A stretch of DNA of 56,875 bases from a virus (lineage: Duplodnaviria; Caudoviricetes), in the IMG/VR virus record IMGVR_UViG_3300023076_000003, positions 1-56,875 of that record. One strand, written 5' to 3'. The first letter of the stretch is position 1, and every line of letters starts with the position of its first letter. The position numbers were made by a program, and so were the translations under genes. This document shows positions 19,986 to 30,470 of the stretch, piece after piece. The notes below the pieces were generated by a model. It was given only the letters and a program-made list of their open reading frames with translations. It was not told the origin of the DNA and made no database searches.

Positions 19986-21604
19986 TATGGAACCACCGAT
20001 CCAAGCTTGTAATCCATGGTGAGTTTTCCAAACTGATAAAACCCTCCTGGAGTATTACTTGTGAATTTAAAATTTATAAGCCTACCTTGTGAGTATATAT
20101 CATCAACATATTCCGTGTCCGAAGTGAACGTATAAGGTCCTCTTACGATAGGTTGGCCACGCGCCCATTTGCGGCATGCGATCTCAACAGTCATATCCCC
20201 TTGTTGCACCAAGTCCAACTCTAACCGCTGGGGCTTTAAAAAACGGTTGTTATCGGGGGCGGTTTCAAAGGCCGTCATAATAGGAAATGTCACCGACTTC
20301 TCAATAGGAGATGTATAAGAAGTGCCGTTAACATCTAAAATGCGATCTTCTCCGTACTCGTGCTGCCAAAGTGGGTAACCATAATCCAGGCCTGCTAGCG
20401 TTGGAATCGGTGTTAGATCGGATTCAGCCCAAATAGGGTATTCAAAAGAACTGGGCTCAATCCCTGATGAACGTGTCACCGGAGTGTCATAAAAAGTGTT
20501 GAGCTCCACGTTATATATAATGGCGTGATTACATTCTGCGTCTGCGTCGTCCGCGTCGTTCCTGTTGGTTTTCTTTGGAAAGAAAAACCATATTTCTTGG
20601 AAACGGGGATTAGCAATCCCCCATACTTTGCCCCGTGCGTTTTTGTGTATGTAATCAAAGAAAAACTGGGAGTTCATATTGTTCGGTAACGGCTGTACAA
20701 CACCGTTATATCTGTAGAACTGGCTTGTTCCGACCCAATAGAACTCTTGGTTGTAAGGAACAACCGCATTGCTACTCATAAGGCTACTATGCGGCTGTAT
20801 AACTTGGGGTATCCAGCTTCCAGCCGTTTCAGGGTCATCTCTTATCCATGTGGCGCGTACCACCTGATCTAAGGACCAAAACAATACCGTGGGATCGGAA
20901 GCACCAGGAGTCGGAAAGGCTTTTATAATTTTAGTGTCCGCAATAGTTGCAGTGTTGTATTGTGTGAACTCAGTTTGACCCGAGGTCCAGTTATTAATCT
21001 GCCCTGGAAAACACCATTGAATAGACCCCCCCCGACCATACACAAGCATAATAGGAGCCACTGACACCACACCCCCTGTTGCCACAACTGGAAGCGCGTC
21101 AGGCAACGGTGAGCGACGAATGGGAATTAACGGGGAGCCAGTTTCTGGATTAGAGGCATAGAGTATTCCTAAGTCATCATTTTGAACGTTAAAGGCACTC
21201 TTAGTATCAAGGGCTACAAGGTATGTTTCGCCTTCTTCAAATTCTCCCGATGCCACCGTGTTAGAAAACGATGTAAAGGACCACGAGATATTGGGAACAG
21301 GCGTAAATGATGAAGGGGTAATATCTTGTTTAGATACAACCACTCCGTCCGTGTTTATATCCAAGCATTCCACAGAATTATACCGGCCTGTATAAACCTT
21401 GTTCCCTGAGCTAACAGGCAGGTTAAACATAGAGCGCACAATAACATTGTTCCCAAGATCGATCGATTTGTAACCCAGCATGCTCATGGCTACACCTTCA
21501 TAGAACCGATTCCACACGCCGTCTGTACAAAAGGGGCTGCTATAGGCTGTCTTATCCTTTTGTATACCAGGTGGTGGAATAATGATTTCATTGAAGGATG
21601 ACAT
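19985..21604 (-). CDS. Tail nozzle / head-stabilisation protein (P22 gp10- or T7 gp12-like)
   Basis: PPPGI.KD.T N-terminus, beta-rich, FYWVG..QFY.YNG.V..LP, N.RF.EIWFFFP, GR...FKF.S C-terminus. Confidence 0.7.
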   Translation of the reverse strand: MSSFNEIIIPPPGIQKDKTAYSSPFCTDGVWNRFYEGVAMSMLGYKSIDLGNNVIVRSMFNLPVSSGNKVYTGRYNSVECLDINTDGVVVSKQDITPSSFTPVPNISWSFTSFSNTVASGEFEEGETYLVALDTKSAFNVQNDDLGILYASNPETGSPLIPIRRSPLPDALPVVATGGVVSVAPIMLVYGRGGSIQWCFPGQINNWTSGQTEFTQYNTATIADTKIIKAFPTPGASDPTVLFWSLDQVVRATWIRDDPETAGSWIPQVIQPHSSLMSSNAVVPYNQEFYWVGTSQFYRYNGVVQPLPNNMNSQFFFDYIHKNARGKVWGIANPRFQEIWFFFPKKTNRNDADDADAECNHAIIYNVELNTFYDTPVTRSSGIEPSSFEYPIWAESDLTPIPTLAGLDYGYPLWQHEYGEDRILDVNGTSYTSPIEKSVTFPIMTAFETAPDNNRFLKPQRLELDLVQQGDMTVEIACRKWARGQPIVRGPYTFTSDTEYVDDIYSQGRLINFKFTSNTPGGFYQFGKLTMDYKLGSVVP

Positions 21605-23039
21605 TTGGCCCTCCTAACTCAATGAGAGTCATAGAAGAGGCACCTGTATAATACCCCTCCGGCGAGCCATTAAGTAGCACTGCTTGACCTGTTGTAAGGG
21701 AAACTATTTGGAAATCTACACCATAAGTTATTTCTGTATTTGATGTTGTAGATGGAGAGTCCAAATATTGCCCACTAATTCTTGTATAATACTCACCATT
21801 TAATATAGGATATGTTGAAACATTTCCTGTTGCAGCAATACCTGAGGTTGGTGGCTGACCTATATAAATAGGCGTCTTAATACTATCTTGTTCTCTAAAA
21901 AGAGTATAAGAAACATTTGGGATCTCTACATTTTCTAATATAGATACCAATATGACATACACATCAAACATAACAAACACTTTATTTTGAACGTTTGATC
22001 TTTCTATTTCTTTGCTAATGAATGTTAAAGGGGAACTACTCGTAATAGATGCAAGGGCATTGGATGATCCATATACCACTTGGCTAATGGCCACTCCTCC
22101 CCACCCAATATTGGAGGTCCTGCTCAGTAATGTGGTTCCTTGTTCTCCACGAGGTATAACATCGGGTAATCCTGACAACCCCCCTATTGCCAAATCTCCT
22201 GGTTGAGTCATACCCGACAGATTTTTAAATGCCGTATCGGAATCTGTGGCATTTGTTCCACCTAATGAAATAGGCAACGGAACAGGAGGGGATGATTGAA
22301 TCCCTTGGCCGATCCAGTCGGAACCATTGGAGATTAAAGTAATGGCTTGGCCAGGCGTAAGCACGCGGTTAGAGGAACTTCCGTTAATGTCATTGCCATT
22401 AGGGTTAACAGTTACAAGAGTGTTGGAGGTGCTTACGTTAACAATATCTACGTAAAACCCGTTATCGGGAGCAGTCGCTGGCAACGTAATCGTGATGGCC
22501 GCATCACATTCATACACTTTGGCTCTATCCGCGTCCGTAATTGTATAAGGTGTGGATAGCGGAAAAGTAAGCTTAGTCGTTTCTAGCTTGTCGTTTTCAG
22601 CTTGTAGACCAGGACCTGCAAGATCACCAGCTATAACGCTACTTGTTCCCGTTCCATAGTTTATGTAGTGCCAAACGCCACCTACCGTGGTGTTGTCGAC
22701 TAAATAAATGTATTTAGTGTTGCCTACGTTTTGATCTGGGTCACTTGGCTGCGGCTCTACGATCACGATAAGCTCGTTGAGAGCATTTCGCACAACAAAG
22801 CTATGAGATCCTACATTGCGTATGATCATCATTTGCCCTACCGAACACTGATTAGCATAAGGTAAAACAACATTTATAGAGCCATTTGTTGTGCTGATTT
22901 CAATCATAGAGGCCGTAACATTGGCCGACGTTTTGAAAGAAAAAGGCCAATCAAGAATCAAATTTACGGCTTGATTCAGATAGGAAACGTACGAAACGTT
23001 GGCTGGCTGAATTGAGTTTTCACCGACATTTGGAAACAT
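21588..23039 (-). CDS. Tail fibre/appendage protein
   Basis: ITLPATAP.NGF...N...VTVNPNG repeats and LPISLGGTNAT fibre motif. Confidence 0.65.
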   Translation of the reverse strand: MFPNVGENSIQPANVSYVSYLNQAVNLILDWPFSFKTSANVTASMIEISTTNGSINVVLPYANQCSVGQMMIIRNVGSHSFVVRNALNELIVIVEPQPSDPDQNVGNTKYIYLVDNTTVGGVWHYINYGTGTSSVIAGDLAGPGLQAENDKLETTKLTFPLSTPYTITDADRAKVYECDAAITITLPATAPDNGFYVDIVNVSTSNTLVTVNPNGNDINGSSSNRVLTPGQAITLISNGSDWIGQGIQSSPPVPLPISLGGTNATDSDTAFKNLSGMTQPGDLAIGGLSGLPDVIPRGEQGTTLLSRTSNIGWGGVAISQVVYGSSNALASITSSSPLTFISKEIERSNVQNKVFVMFDVYVILVSILENVEIPNVSYTLFREQDSIKTPIYIGQPPTSGIAATGNVSTYPILNGEYYTRISGQYLDSPSTTSNTEITYGVDFQIVSLTTGQAVLLNGSPEGYYTGASSMTLIELGGPNVILQ

Positions 23040-23040
23040 A

Positions 23041-23697
23041 CTATGAACCCCTTACACTTATGGCGTCATTAATACGCCCTATATCTTCGGCAGAAATAGA
23101 AGCCACCGCCTCATCGGCCAGGTTTTTCCATACGGGCACGCGCACATCTTCTACGTGCACACCAGCGCGAACTAAAACGTCGTAATAAAAGGCGTCTGGA
23201 ATATACATCGTAAAAAAGTTGGTTTGATTGTTTTCATCAATACCATCTGGAAAAGCATAATAGCCCCACGTGTACGGGTAGTTCTTATCAGGCGTCGGGC
23301 ATACCGTATACACGTTGTAGTCATAATCGCTTGCATAATATTTAGGCTCGCCTAATTCTTCTGGATTAGGCGAATATTTCCAGCAATACTCGATGCTGCG
23401 TTGGCGTAGCTGCTTTGTGGTGTTAAAGGTTGTGCCACCTGCAGTCAAAGGGTTTTGAGTTTGAATAGCAAAGTTAGTGTTAGAGAGCCATAAGTTAGGC
23501 TTTGGATAGGAAGGCTGGCCGGCAATGAGCGTGCCAGACACAAACTTTTTGGTTCCCAAAATATGAAGCTTTCGGGACAGAGAAACGATAGAAAGAGTGA
23601 TAAAAACGGGAATGCTGGCGAGAAACTGTTCATCGCGCCTGTCTACTTCCTTTACCACCTGCTCAACAAGGGAGTTAAAAGTAAAAACAAATGACAT
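23041..23697 (-). CDS. Head-tail adaptor / tail tubular protein A-like
   Basis: GEPKYYA...VCPTPDKNYP...YY motif typical of adaptors. Confidence 0.7.
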   Translation of the reverse strand: MSFVFTFNSLVEQVVKEVDRRDEQFLASIPVFITLSIVSLSRKLHILGTKKFVSGTLIAGQPSYPKPNLWLSNTNFAIQTQNPLTAGGTTFNTTKQLRQRSIEYCWKYSPNPEELGEPKYYASDYDYNVYTVCPTPDKNYPYTWGYYAFPDGIDENNQTNFFTMYIPDAFYYDVLVRAGVHVEDVRVPVWKNLADEAVASISAEDIGRINDAISVRGS

Positions 23698-23710
23698 TCC
23701 CGTTTTCTCC

Positions 23711-26110
23711 TTACATTGCGTAGAAGTTGGTGTAGCCCGAAATCGTTGGATATCCAGCTGTCATAACTTGCATACGCAAGCCTGCGTTGGGAACTCCAGG
23801 ACATGGGTTAAACATAGGAACAATGTTTGTGAGCGATTGGAAGTTGGGAGAGGCAGTTTTCGTAGCGCTTCCAAGTAAAGCTCCAGTCGCTGCGTCGTGC
23901 TGCCAAAAGCTTATAGTTGCAGTGGATGTGTCGTAGCCGATCGATATGATTTTAGCGTTAAAGTTCATAGCGTTGGCCCAGGCCCAGGAATAGTTAGAGT
24001 TACCCACACTGTCTCTGTAGTTAAGGGTAGTTCCGTTAACGGGTACGCCTCCTATAAAGAAAGCGCAGCCACCAGGGGCGGACAAGTTTGTAGGAGATTG
24101 AGTACGTAAAACCTCTGGGTCGCACATACCATAATAGGCTTGTTCGGTATTGGCTGTGTTGCTGCTCCACCCTGAAATATAATACAAGGAGTAAAAAATC
24201 TTCTGACCTGTTACGGTTGCGTTAAACCCTGGTATGCCCATCTCAGTAACATAATAGCTATCTCCACCCCCAATTATTCTATAGTTGTAAGGGCAAAATA
24301 CCTGATCAGTAATCATCGTCGGACGACACAGGTTAGCTGTCGAAGGTTCGGGAAAGAGGCTTACGTTGTTAGATGTCGATGTTCGGATTAAGTATGGTGT
24401 CCTTCCAGCCCACGCAGCGGCACCGTTCCAGGTGGTTAACTTAACGCAGGCGGTAGCGGTTGTGATGGTTGGAAGACCAGACGGAGCTTGCCATGTTGGG
24501 GCTGTACCTGTTCCCGTAGATGTGAGAACCGTACCCGTAGATCCAGGGTTAACCTTAGACACTGTATTTGTGCCCGAACCAACCCACAGTGATCCTGTCT
24601 GCGAACCTGCCGAAACAATCGAGGTCAGAGCTGTTGCGGGAGCTACGTAATCGGTTCCTGCTACAGCGGTATCTAACTCACCCGTTCCGGTAGTTACCTT
24701 TACAAGACCTGTAGTCATGGTGCTTAGGACTTCAGCGTTAGGCATGCTTGCGTCAGCTGTTTTGAGAACAAAAGTGGCTGAACGGTTTGCTACAGGAGCC
24801 CAAGTTGGAAGACCTCCAGATACCGTCAAAGCCTCACCCGTATTCCCAATAGTTAGCTTGTTGAATCGGAAACCAGAGGCGGTAACGCCATAAGGAATGT
24901 CACCGTTGGCAAGGGCTCCGTTCAGTGTCGGTATGAGACCTGAGCTGTTGGAAAGAGAGGATGTAAGACTTGGCTGACCACTTCCGTTCGTGTGGAAGAC
25001 GCTGCCGCCTGTAGGGGCTGCAGGTACAGAAGCCGAGCCCTCAATAGCGAGAGAGGCACCTAAGGTTGATCCGTTAAACAAATGCATGGTGTGCGTGGGG
25101 ACAGTTCCAGAAACGCTGACTTTCATGTCTTGAGCAGGGGCACCTATTGAACAGGAGTTATCTACGCTTAAGCGTGAACCCTTTCCGATAGCTATAGCGT
25201 TTGTGATAGTACGAGGGGAGCCGCTAGGTATTATATCTGCCCCTACGGTGACAACGTCTACATATGTATAAGCTCCTCCGATGTAAGAAACCAAATCTGG
25301 AGATAAAACAACTGAGTCTGTCATGCCTCCTTGTATGCCTGAACCAGAATAGTTTCCAGCAACAAGCGAACCAGATACGCCACCCGTTGTGCCTGCACCC
25401 AAAAGAGCAAAGATTCCCATACATGTTGAGTTGTCAATGTTGGAAACGCCACCTGTATAGCTACCAACAAGGACAACGTTCCCAGATGATGTTGCTCCGT
25501 AACCAGCTCTATGACCGATAATAACGTTACTGGCGCCTGTAAGAGTTCCTGTTGCAAAAATCTCGTTTCCAAGCAATACGCTGTTATCAGATGTCCCAAT
25601 ATTCATGGAAGACCCTATACAAACCAGGTCAGTTATTCCCGTAAAATCGGATGCGCTAAAATCCTTACCCATAGCAATGACGTTGTCGGAGCCTGAGGTG
25701 TCAAAAAGGCGTGTTGGATAGTCGGGCGCGTAGTAGTCGGTACCAGCAACAGCTGTGCTAGGGTCCGCAGAGGCACCTGAAACCGTGGCCTTCATCAGCC
25801 CGGTTGTGAGCTCCGTTCCTAGGTCGATTGCAGCCGAAAGTCCCGAAGAGCCTACAGTGGAGCTTAGCCAGTACTTAGCACCCGTTGGAGCACCTCCTCC
25901 AGCTGGAGCCTGCCAAGTTGGGTCGGTTGTATTACCCGTAGAAGTCAGAACGTAGCCCGTTGTCGCGCTCGGCGTAAGAGCTGAAACCACGCCTGAGGAA
26001 TCCACTTTTAAAGGACCGACACCAACAAGGTTTAAACCCTGTGAGTTCGGAAGCGCATCATTCTTCTCCTGAGTAATGAATTTGGTTAGTGCGATGTTAG
26101 TATATGCCAT
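23711..26110 (-). CDS. Tail fibre with beta-roll (YadA head-like) segment
   Basis: G.VLTS.G....PTWQAP repeats, NV.IG/SV.LG repeats, TAVAGTDY repeats. Confidence 0.75.
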   Translation of the reverse strand: MAYTNIALTKFITQEKNDALPNSQGLNLVGVGPLKVDSSGVVSALTPSATTGYVLTSTGNTTDPTWQAPAGGGAPTGAKYWLSSTVGSSGLSAAIDLGTELTTGLMKATVSGASADPSTAVAGTDYYAPDYPTRLFDTSGSDNVIAMGKDFSASDFTGITDLVCIGSSMNIGTSDNSVLLGNEIFATGTLTGASNVIIGHRAGYGATSSGNVVLVGSYTGGVSNIDNSTCMGIFALLGAGTTGGVSGSLVAGNYSGSGIQGGMTDSVVLSPDLVSYIGGAYTYVDVVTVGADIIPSGSPRTITNAIAIGKGSRLSVDNSCSIGAPAQDMKVSVSGTVPTHTMHLFNGSTLGASLAIEGSASVPAAPTGGSVFHTNGSGQPSLTSSLSNSSGLIPTLNGALANGDIPYGVTASGFRFNKLTIGNTGEALTVSGGLPTWAPVANRSATFVLKTADASMPNAEVLSTMTTGLVKVTTGTGELDTAVAGTDYVAPATALTSIVSAGSQTGSLWVGSGTNTVSKVNPGSTGTVLTSTGTGTAPTWQAPSGLPTITTATACVKLTTWNGAAAWAGRTPYLIRTSTSNNVSLFPEPSTANLCRPTMITDQVFCPYNYRIIGGGDSYYVTEMGIPGFNATVTGQKIFYSLYYISGWSSNTANTEQAYYGMCDPEVLRTQSPTNLSAPGGCAFFIGGVPVNGTTLNYRDSVGNSNYSWAWANAMNFNAKIISIGYDTSTATISFWQHDAATGALLGSATKTASPNFQSLTNIVPMFNPCPGVPNAGLRMQVMTAGYPTISGYTNFYAM

Positions 26111-26113
26111 GAT

Positions 26114-26578
26114 TTATCCCTTTTTTAAAACTGCCCAGCTGATGTACGCGCTAGCTCCAGGCGTGCCGTTAACAAAAATCTTAATGCTTGTGTCGTCTAC
26201 CAACTGCCATGCGCAAGACAAAATCCCCGCAGCGGAAGGGGGAGGGCTTGAAAGATAGGTCATCGTTGCTTGGACGTTCGCAAACGTCGTCATATCCGTT
26301 AGGCCCGTAATGGTGATTGAAGCGTTGAGCGTCGCCGCAATCGCCGTATTTCCGCTGTAAATGGGAAAGGGACGCCAAACAGGGTCTTCACCTGTTCCTG
26401 AAGTGCTGCCCGACATAAGAACTTGGTTTGTGTTGGTTGGATTAATAGCTGAAACCACGCCTGAAGAGTTCGCCTTCAAAGGCCCAAAACCCACAAGGTT
26501 TAAACCCTGTGAGTTAGGCAAAGCATCGTTCTTCTCCTGGCAAAGAAGCTTGGTTAAAGCAATGTTTGTGTATGCCAT
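26114..26578 (-). CDS. Short tail-fibre-related protein
   Basis: N-terminal about 45 aa nearly identical to 23711..26110. Confidence 0.7.
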   Translation of the reverse strand: MAYTNIALTKLLCQEKNDALPNSQGLNLVGFGPLKANSSGVVSAINPTNTNQVLMSGSTSGTGEDPVWRPFPIYSGNTAIAATLNASITITGLTDMTTFANVQATMTYLSSPPPSAAGILSCAWQLVDDTSIKIFVNGTPGASAYISWAVLKKG

Positions 26579-28026
26579 TAGTTCACCACCATCCAGCTAA
26601 CCTTGAGGTCGCTTGCAATGGTTCCATAAATTCCCAAAGTGAAACCTACGCCTGGGTCATAGTTAGATGCGTAAGCTTGAAGAACGTTTCCTGGAACAGG
26701 AGCCCCAACAAAAATAGGCGTGACAATTATGGTAGATTCAGGAGACGTTAAAACACTTGTGGCAGATACTGGTATTGAAGGATTGGCACCAGCTGAAAGG
26801 GTGGCGACACCCTTTTGAATCGTTGGCATAGCTGTCCAAACAACAGCTGTTCCATTTGAACGAGGAACCGTTCCGCTTGCGCCTAAAGAGGCTGTAACTG
26901 TGGCTGTTGTTCCGCCAGCAACTGAGTTGAACATAAGGCCACTTCCCACACCAGCTAGGTTGGTTGAGTTAGGCAACGTGCTAGTCATGTTGGTAGACGT
27001 TAAATAGGTGCCAGTTGAAGCTGCACCAGGGTTGGCCCATGCAAGCGTTGTTCCGTTAGAAGAAAGGACTTGACCAGGGGTGGCGCTAATAGCAAAGTTC
27101 CCAAATGTTCCAGAGCCTGTGCCAACCAAAAGAGAACCTGCCGTTGTTCCTGTAACGGAGCTGAGAGCTGGAAGAATGCCAGGCAATGCACCCCATTCAA
27201 TGACGCCCGAGCCACTTACGCGCATGTATTGCCCGTTGCCGCCTTTGGCAAGATTGGTCATGGCGTTGGTGCCGCTTCCAACAAGCATGTCACCAGCCGC
27301 AATCGTAAGAGCCGCAACCGTTGTGAGCGTTGGACCTAACGTAGGACTGCCAGCAGCTTTAAAAGAAGGTGCAGAACCTGCGCCGTTTGAAGTCAGAACA
27401 AAGTTAGCGGTGCCGTTATCAATGATAGAAACCGTACTGGCTCCGCTTGCAACCGTGCTGTAGGGGATACCTGTTGTTTTGCTACCAAGGTTAACTTCAT
27501 TCGAAAGGTTCCCGTTGGCCTGCGTTGTGAGGTAATAGGCATCTGTTGGAGCTCCGCCCCCACCACCACCTGAGGCTGACAAGTGAATGTCGGCGCAATC
27601 ATCGGTAGCGTTATCTACAATCGCAATTTCAATGTTATCGCCTGGAATAAAGCTCAAAGCCTTACGTGTGGAATAAAGTGTGTTATTAAGACGAGCCTGA
27701 ACCTTTTGATTCGTGGTATTAGGCGTCACACTGAAAACTGGGTTGCCACCAAGACCTGTTGGGTTGGTAATCCCCAAGGTTCCGTTGCTAGTAAGCGTTA
27801 TTGGCGCAAACGTTCCGGTTGAATTGTTGAAGGAGACAAAGCCGTTAGCTGACAAGTCCTTAAGGTTGCCAACCTTGCCGATGACGCTCATTTGATACTG
27901 ACCGCCTCCGATGCTGGCTAAGCCGATAGTGGATGACCCAATCAACATTAACGAGTTCGGCAGATCGGAGGCCGTCCTTTCATCAACGCGGGTCAAGAAT
28001 GTTGCGGTGTTTGGTGCGTCTGCCAT
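26578..28026 (-). CDS. Tail fibre protein
   Basis: Gly/Thr/Ser-rich, GQVLSSNGT..W and AGD.LVG.G repeats. Confidence 0.75.
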   Translation of the reverse strand: MADAPNTATFLTRVDERTASDLPNSLMLIGSSTIGLASIGGGQYQMSVIGKVGNLKDLSANGFVSFNNSTGTFAPITLTSNGTLGITNPTGLGGNPVFSVTPNTTNQKVQARLNNTLYSTRKALSFIPGDNIEIAIVDNATDDCADIHLSASGGGGGGAPTDAYYLTTQANGNLSNEVNLGSKTTGIPYSTVASGASTVSIIDNGTANFVLTSNGAGSAPSFKAAGSPTLGPTLTTVAALTIAAGDMLVGSGTNAMTNLAKGGNGQYMRVSGSGVIEWGALPGILPALSSVTGTTAGSLLVGTGSGTFGNFAISATPGQVLSSNGTTLAWANPGAASTGTYLTSTNMTSTLPNSTNLAGVGSGLMFNSVAGGTTATVTASLGASGTVPRSNGTAVVWTAMPTIQKGVATLSAGANPSIPVSATSVLTSPESTIIVTPIFVGAPVPGNVLQAYASNYDPGVGFTLGIYGTIASDLKVSWMVVN

Positions 28027-28056
28027 AGTATTCTCCTAATAATGTTAGTTTCAGCC

Positions 28057-28611
28057 TTATGTAAGTGGATCGTTATAGTAAAAAGTGTTAAATAAAGACG
28101 TAAAGGTACGCGTTTGATCAGGAGGAATCTCATAAACCTCATAACCGCGTATCTGCTTAACATAGATAGGTTGGTCACCTGAGATGCGATTAGTCATAAT
28201 CCACGTTGCGTAAGTAGCTGGCATTTCAAAGGTCAAAGGGGCAGTACGTGCCCCGTAAAACACTTGGGTAAGCCATGAGTATTGATCACGCGTTTGCGTT
28301 ACGACATCGGGATAGTTCGTAACATCAAATTCTCTTAAAGAAGGATTTGGAGGGCGTGCAAAGTCGGGTCGTGGGTCGGGCACCGGCTTCATGTCTGGGC
28401 CAATATAAGGCGTCATGTTTTGAGGGTTAGGACGCGTTGCAAAGCGCTTTTCAACCATCAAACCCGTGTCATAAAGGCCCTCTCCGTTGTATTCCATTTG
28501 ATGAACCAAGTTGTGATGCATGACACGAAAACCCGATATATCGCATACAGCAGAAGCCCGCGGATTTCTTTTATTTATGTGAACATAAGTACCTCCCGAT
28601 GTGCGGCTCAT
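28057..28611 (-). CDS. Virion-module protein
   Basis: A.AVCDISGFR...L..Q.E..G.....GL.V...P.PQ...P.PDPRPD motif of podovirus-like modules. Confidence 0.6.
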   Translation of the reverse strand: MSRTSGGTYVHINKRNPRASAVCDISGFRVMHHNLVHQMEYNGEGLYDTGLMVEKRFATRPNPQNMTPYIGPDMKPVPDPRPDFARPPNPSLREFDVTNYPDVVTQTRDQYSWLTQVFYGARTAPLTFEMPATYATWIMTNRISGDQPIYVKQIRGYEVYEIPPDQTRTFTSLFNTFYYNDPLT

Positions 28612-29696
28612 CCGTATGACTCCATGCCAAGCGAAATCTTAATGCGCGCGTTTTCGTAGTTTGTTTGACCAGCCAAACGGTAGGCCTCCGCAGACTGCAT
28701 CATCAGAAGCTGCATTTTTTCAGGAGGGAAGTTTGGCGTAATAGTTGCTAAACGTACAGAGAGAGCACCGCAAGCCGCATCATAAAACATGGGGGGTATA
28801 TCGATACTTTGGTTAAGAGCCGTAATGTCCATGGCATATCGTTCGGAAGAATACAAAACGGTATTCAGCTCAAACAGTTTGGGGTTAGGAACGGGCCACA
28901 AAGTCATCGTGCATTTCAACTTTTGATTGAAGTAATAAGAGCTTGGCCGTTCGCTCATCGTTTGTTTGTTGGGGATGTTCATATAGTCTTGGCGGGAGAA
29001 TTCACCTAATACCCGATCTCCCATACGGATAGAAGAAGGCTGACAGAAATACAGTTGCATTATGTTTAAAACACCACCGCCACGCTCTCTAATGCGCCAG
29101 CACTGAGCATTTAAAGCATCTTCAACAACAAGCCACTTGATCTGTGTCAAAGGGTAGTCGTCTACAGGGGCTTCATAAATCGTTTCCCAGTTGTCTCCGT
29201 CGAAAGAGTATTCAACGTTAAGCGCATAAACTTGGTTCGCCGCGTGAGCCAAAACGCCCACATAATAAATAGAAGGGGCAAAACCTGAGTACTTATATCC
29301 TATATATCCGTTAGGCTGTGTTTGCACGCAACCAAGAAGGTTATCTGGTAAAAAGACGTTAGCCGCAACCCCTCCAGAAGCAATGGGAACACCCCCCATA
29401 TTTAAACGCTGAGGACGTATAGCAGACACATCTAGCACACGAACGGTGGAGGGTGGAAGCTGATAAGTGGCTTGACCAGGGTACATTTGAAACATTTGCC
29501 TCTGGACCTGCCAAAGGCTAAGGCGTTTTCCAAGCCACGTGGATATTTCCAAGTTGAGAGAAAAGAGAGCGTCTTCTATTTGCTCTACGGTGAAATCTTC
29601 AGGGTTGCGTTCAATACGTAGGTAGGCGTTCCTTAGCAAATCATCCACGGTCGTTATTTTACCGAAAGAATAAGAGTTGCTAAGAGCCATGTTCAC
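28608..29696 (-). CDS. Head-completion/adaptor-like virion protein with inserted domain
   Basis: A.FSLNL....W....L.LW, SRQDYMNIPNK...RPS.YY...LWPVP, DIP..FYDA...L..RLA. Confidence 0.65.
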   Translation of the reverse strand: MNMALSNSYSFGKITTVDDLLRNAYLRIERNPEDFTVEQIEDALFSLNLEISTWLGKRLSLWQVQRQMFQMYPGQATYQLPPSTVRVLDVSAIRPQRLNMGGVPIASGGVAANVFLPDNLLGCVQTQPNGYIGYKYSGFAPSIYYVGVLAHAANQVYALNVEYSFDGDNWETIYEAPVDDYPLTQIKWLVVEDALNAQCWRIRERGGGVLNIMQLYFCQPSSIRMGDRVLGEFSRQDYMNIPNKQTMSERPSSYYFNQKLKCTMTLWPVPNPKLFELNTVLYSSERYAMDITALNQSIDIPPMFYDAACGALSVRLATITPNFPPEKMQLLMMQSAEAYRLAGQTNYENARIKISLGMESYG

Positions 29697-29726
29697 CGTT
29701 ACTTCTGTTCGTGTTTATCTATGCCG

Positions 29727-30470
29727 TTAAATTCCTTGTTGTAGAACGCTAAGACCCATCTGAAAATTCTCATCCGCCCCTGCTGCTCCGTAGTCAATAT
29801 AGGCCGCAACAGTAGACACGGGGTAAGGTAATTGTGCAATAACACTTGATTGAGATTGAGTCATTGTTGGTATTGCACCAAAAATTATATTATCTGTGTA
29901 AAACCATTCCTGTCTATTCGGCCAACTTTCTGGAATATGTGGAAGGATATTTTGAGGCTTAAAAACGCTTCCAAATACTGTGTAGCGTGATGTGTTAGCT
30001 GCCATATTTAGAAAAATATTCGTTTGAATGGTTGCATTCCAATAAGGACGGTTGTAATCCATATTGAGCCAGCCCAACAAGCCTATTGGTCCAAGACCTA
30101 CTTTTACAGTTCCAGGAGTATCACCAAACCAATAAATACTATCTACAATGTGGTACCATTCCGTGGAAAGCCCCTCAGTGTCAGTTGAAAGTATCTCAAC
30201 CATTTCGCTTAAGATGTTCCCAAGAAGATCGCGCCCTTTAAGATAAAACTTAATACCAAGTGTTACACCAACAGTTATTTTTAACTGACGTCCCATGCCT
30301 TCTAAAGTAAAGGGGCGCCCTTTCTCAACTTCATTAAGAACGAGGGGTTGATCTACTAACCCCTCCTGTTCCAGGGCAACATAATCGCTTGTGGAAATCT
30401 CACTGGGCCAAAAAAATGTAACTGGGTTAGACATCGCCGCGCGCCTCGGTGTAGAACTGAGGAACACCAA
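29727..30470 (-). CDS. Putative structural protein
   Basis: In the capsid operon; F.L.G.D..G..L.E motif shared with the next gene. Confidence 0.55.
   Translation of the reverse strand: MVFLSSTPRRAAMSNPVTFFWPSEISTSDYVALEQEGLVDQPLVLNEVEKGRPFTLEGMGRQLKITVGVTLGIKFYLKGRDLLGNILSEMVEILSTDTEGLSTEWYHIVDSIYWFGDTPGTVKVGLGPIGLLGWLNMDYNRPYWNATIQTNIFLNMAANTSRYTVFGSVFKPQNILPHIPESWPNRQEWFYTDNIIFGAIPTMTQSQSSVIAQLPYPVSTVAAYIDYGAAGADENFQMGLSVLQQGI

Noticed and set aside
23711-28026. Diversity-generating retroelement or invertase-based fibre switching
   Set aside because: No reverse transcriptase, template/variable repeat pair or invertase is seen
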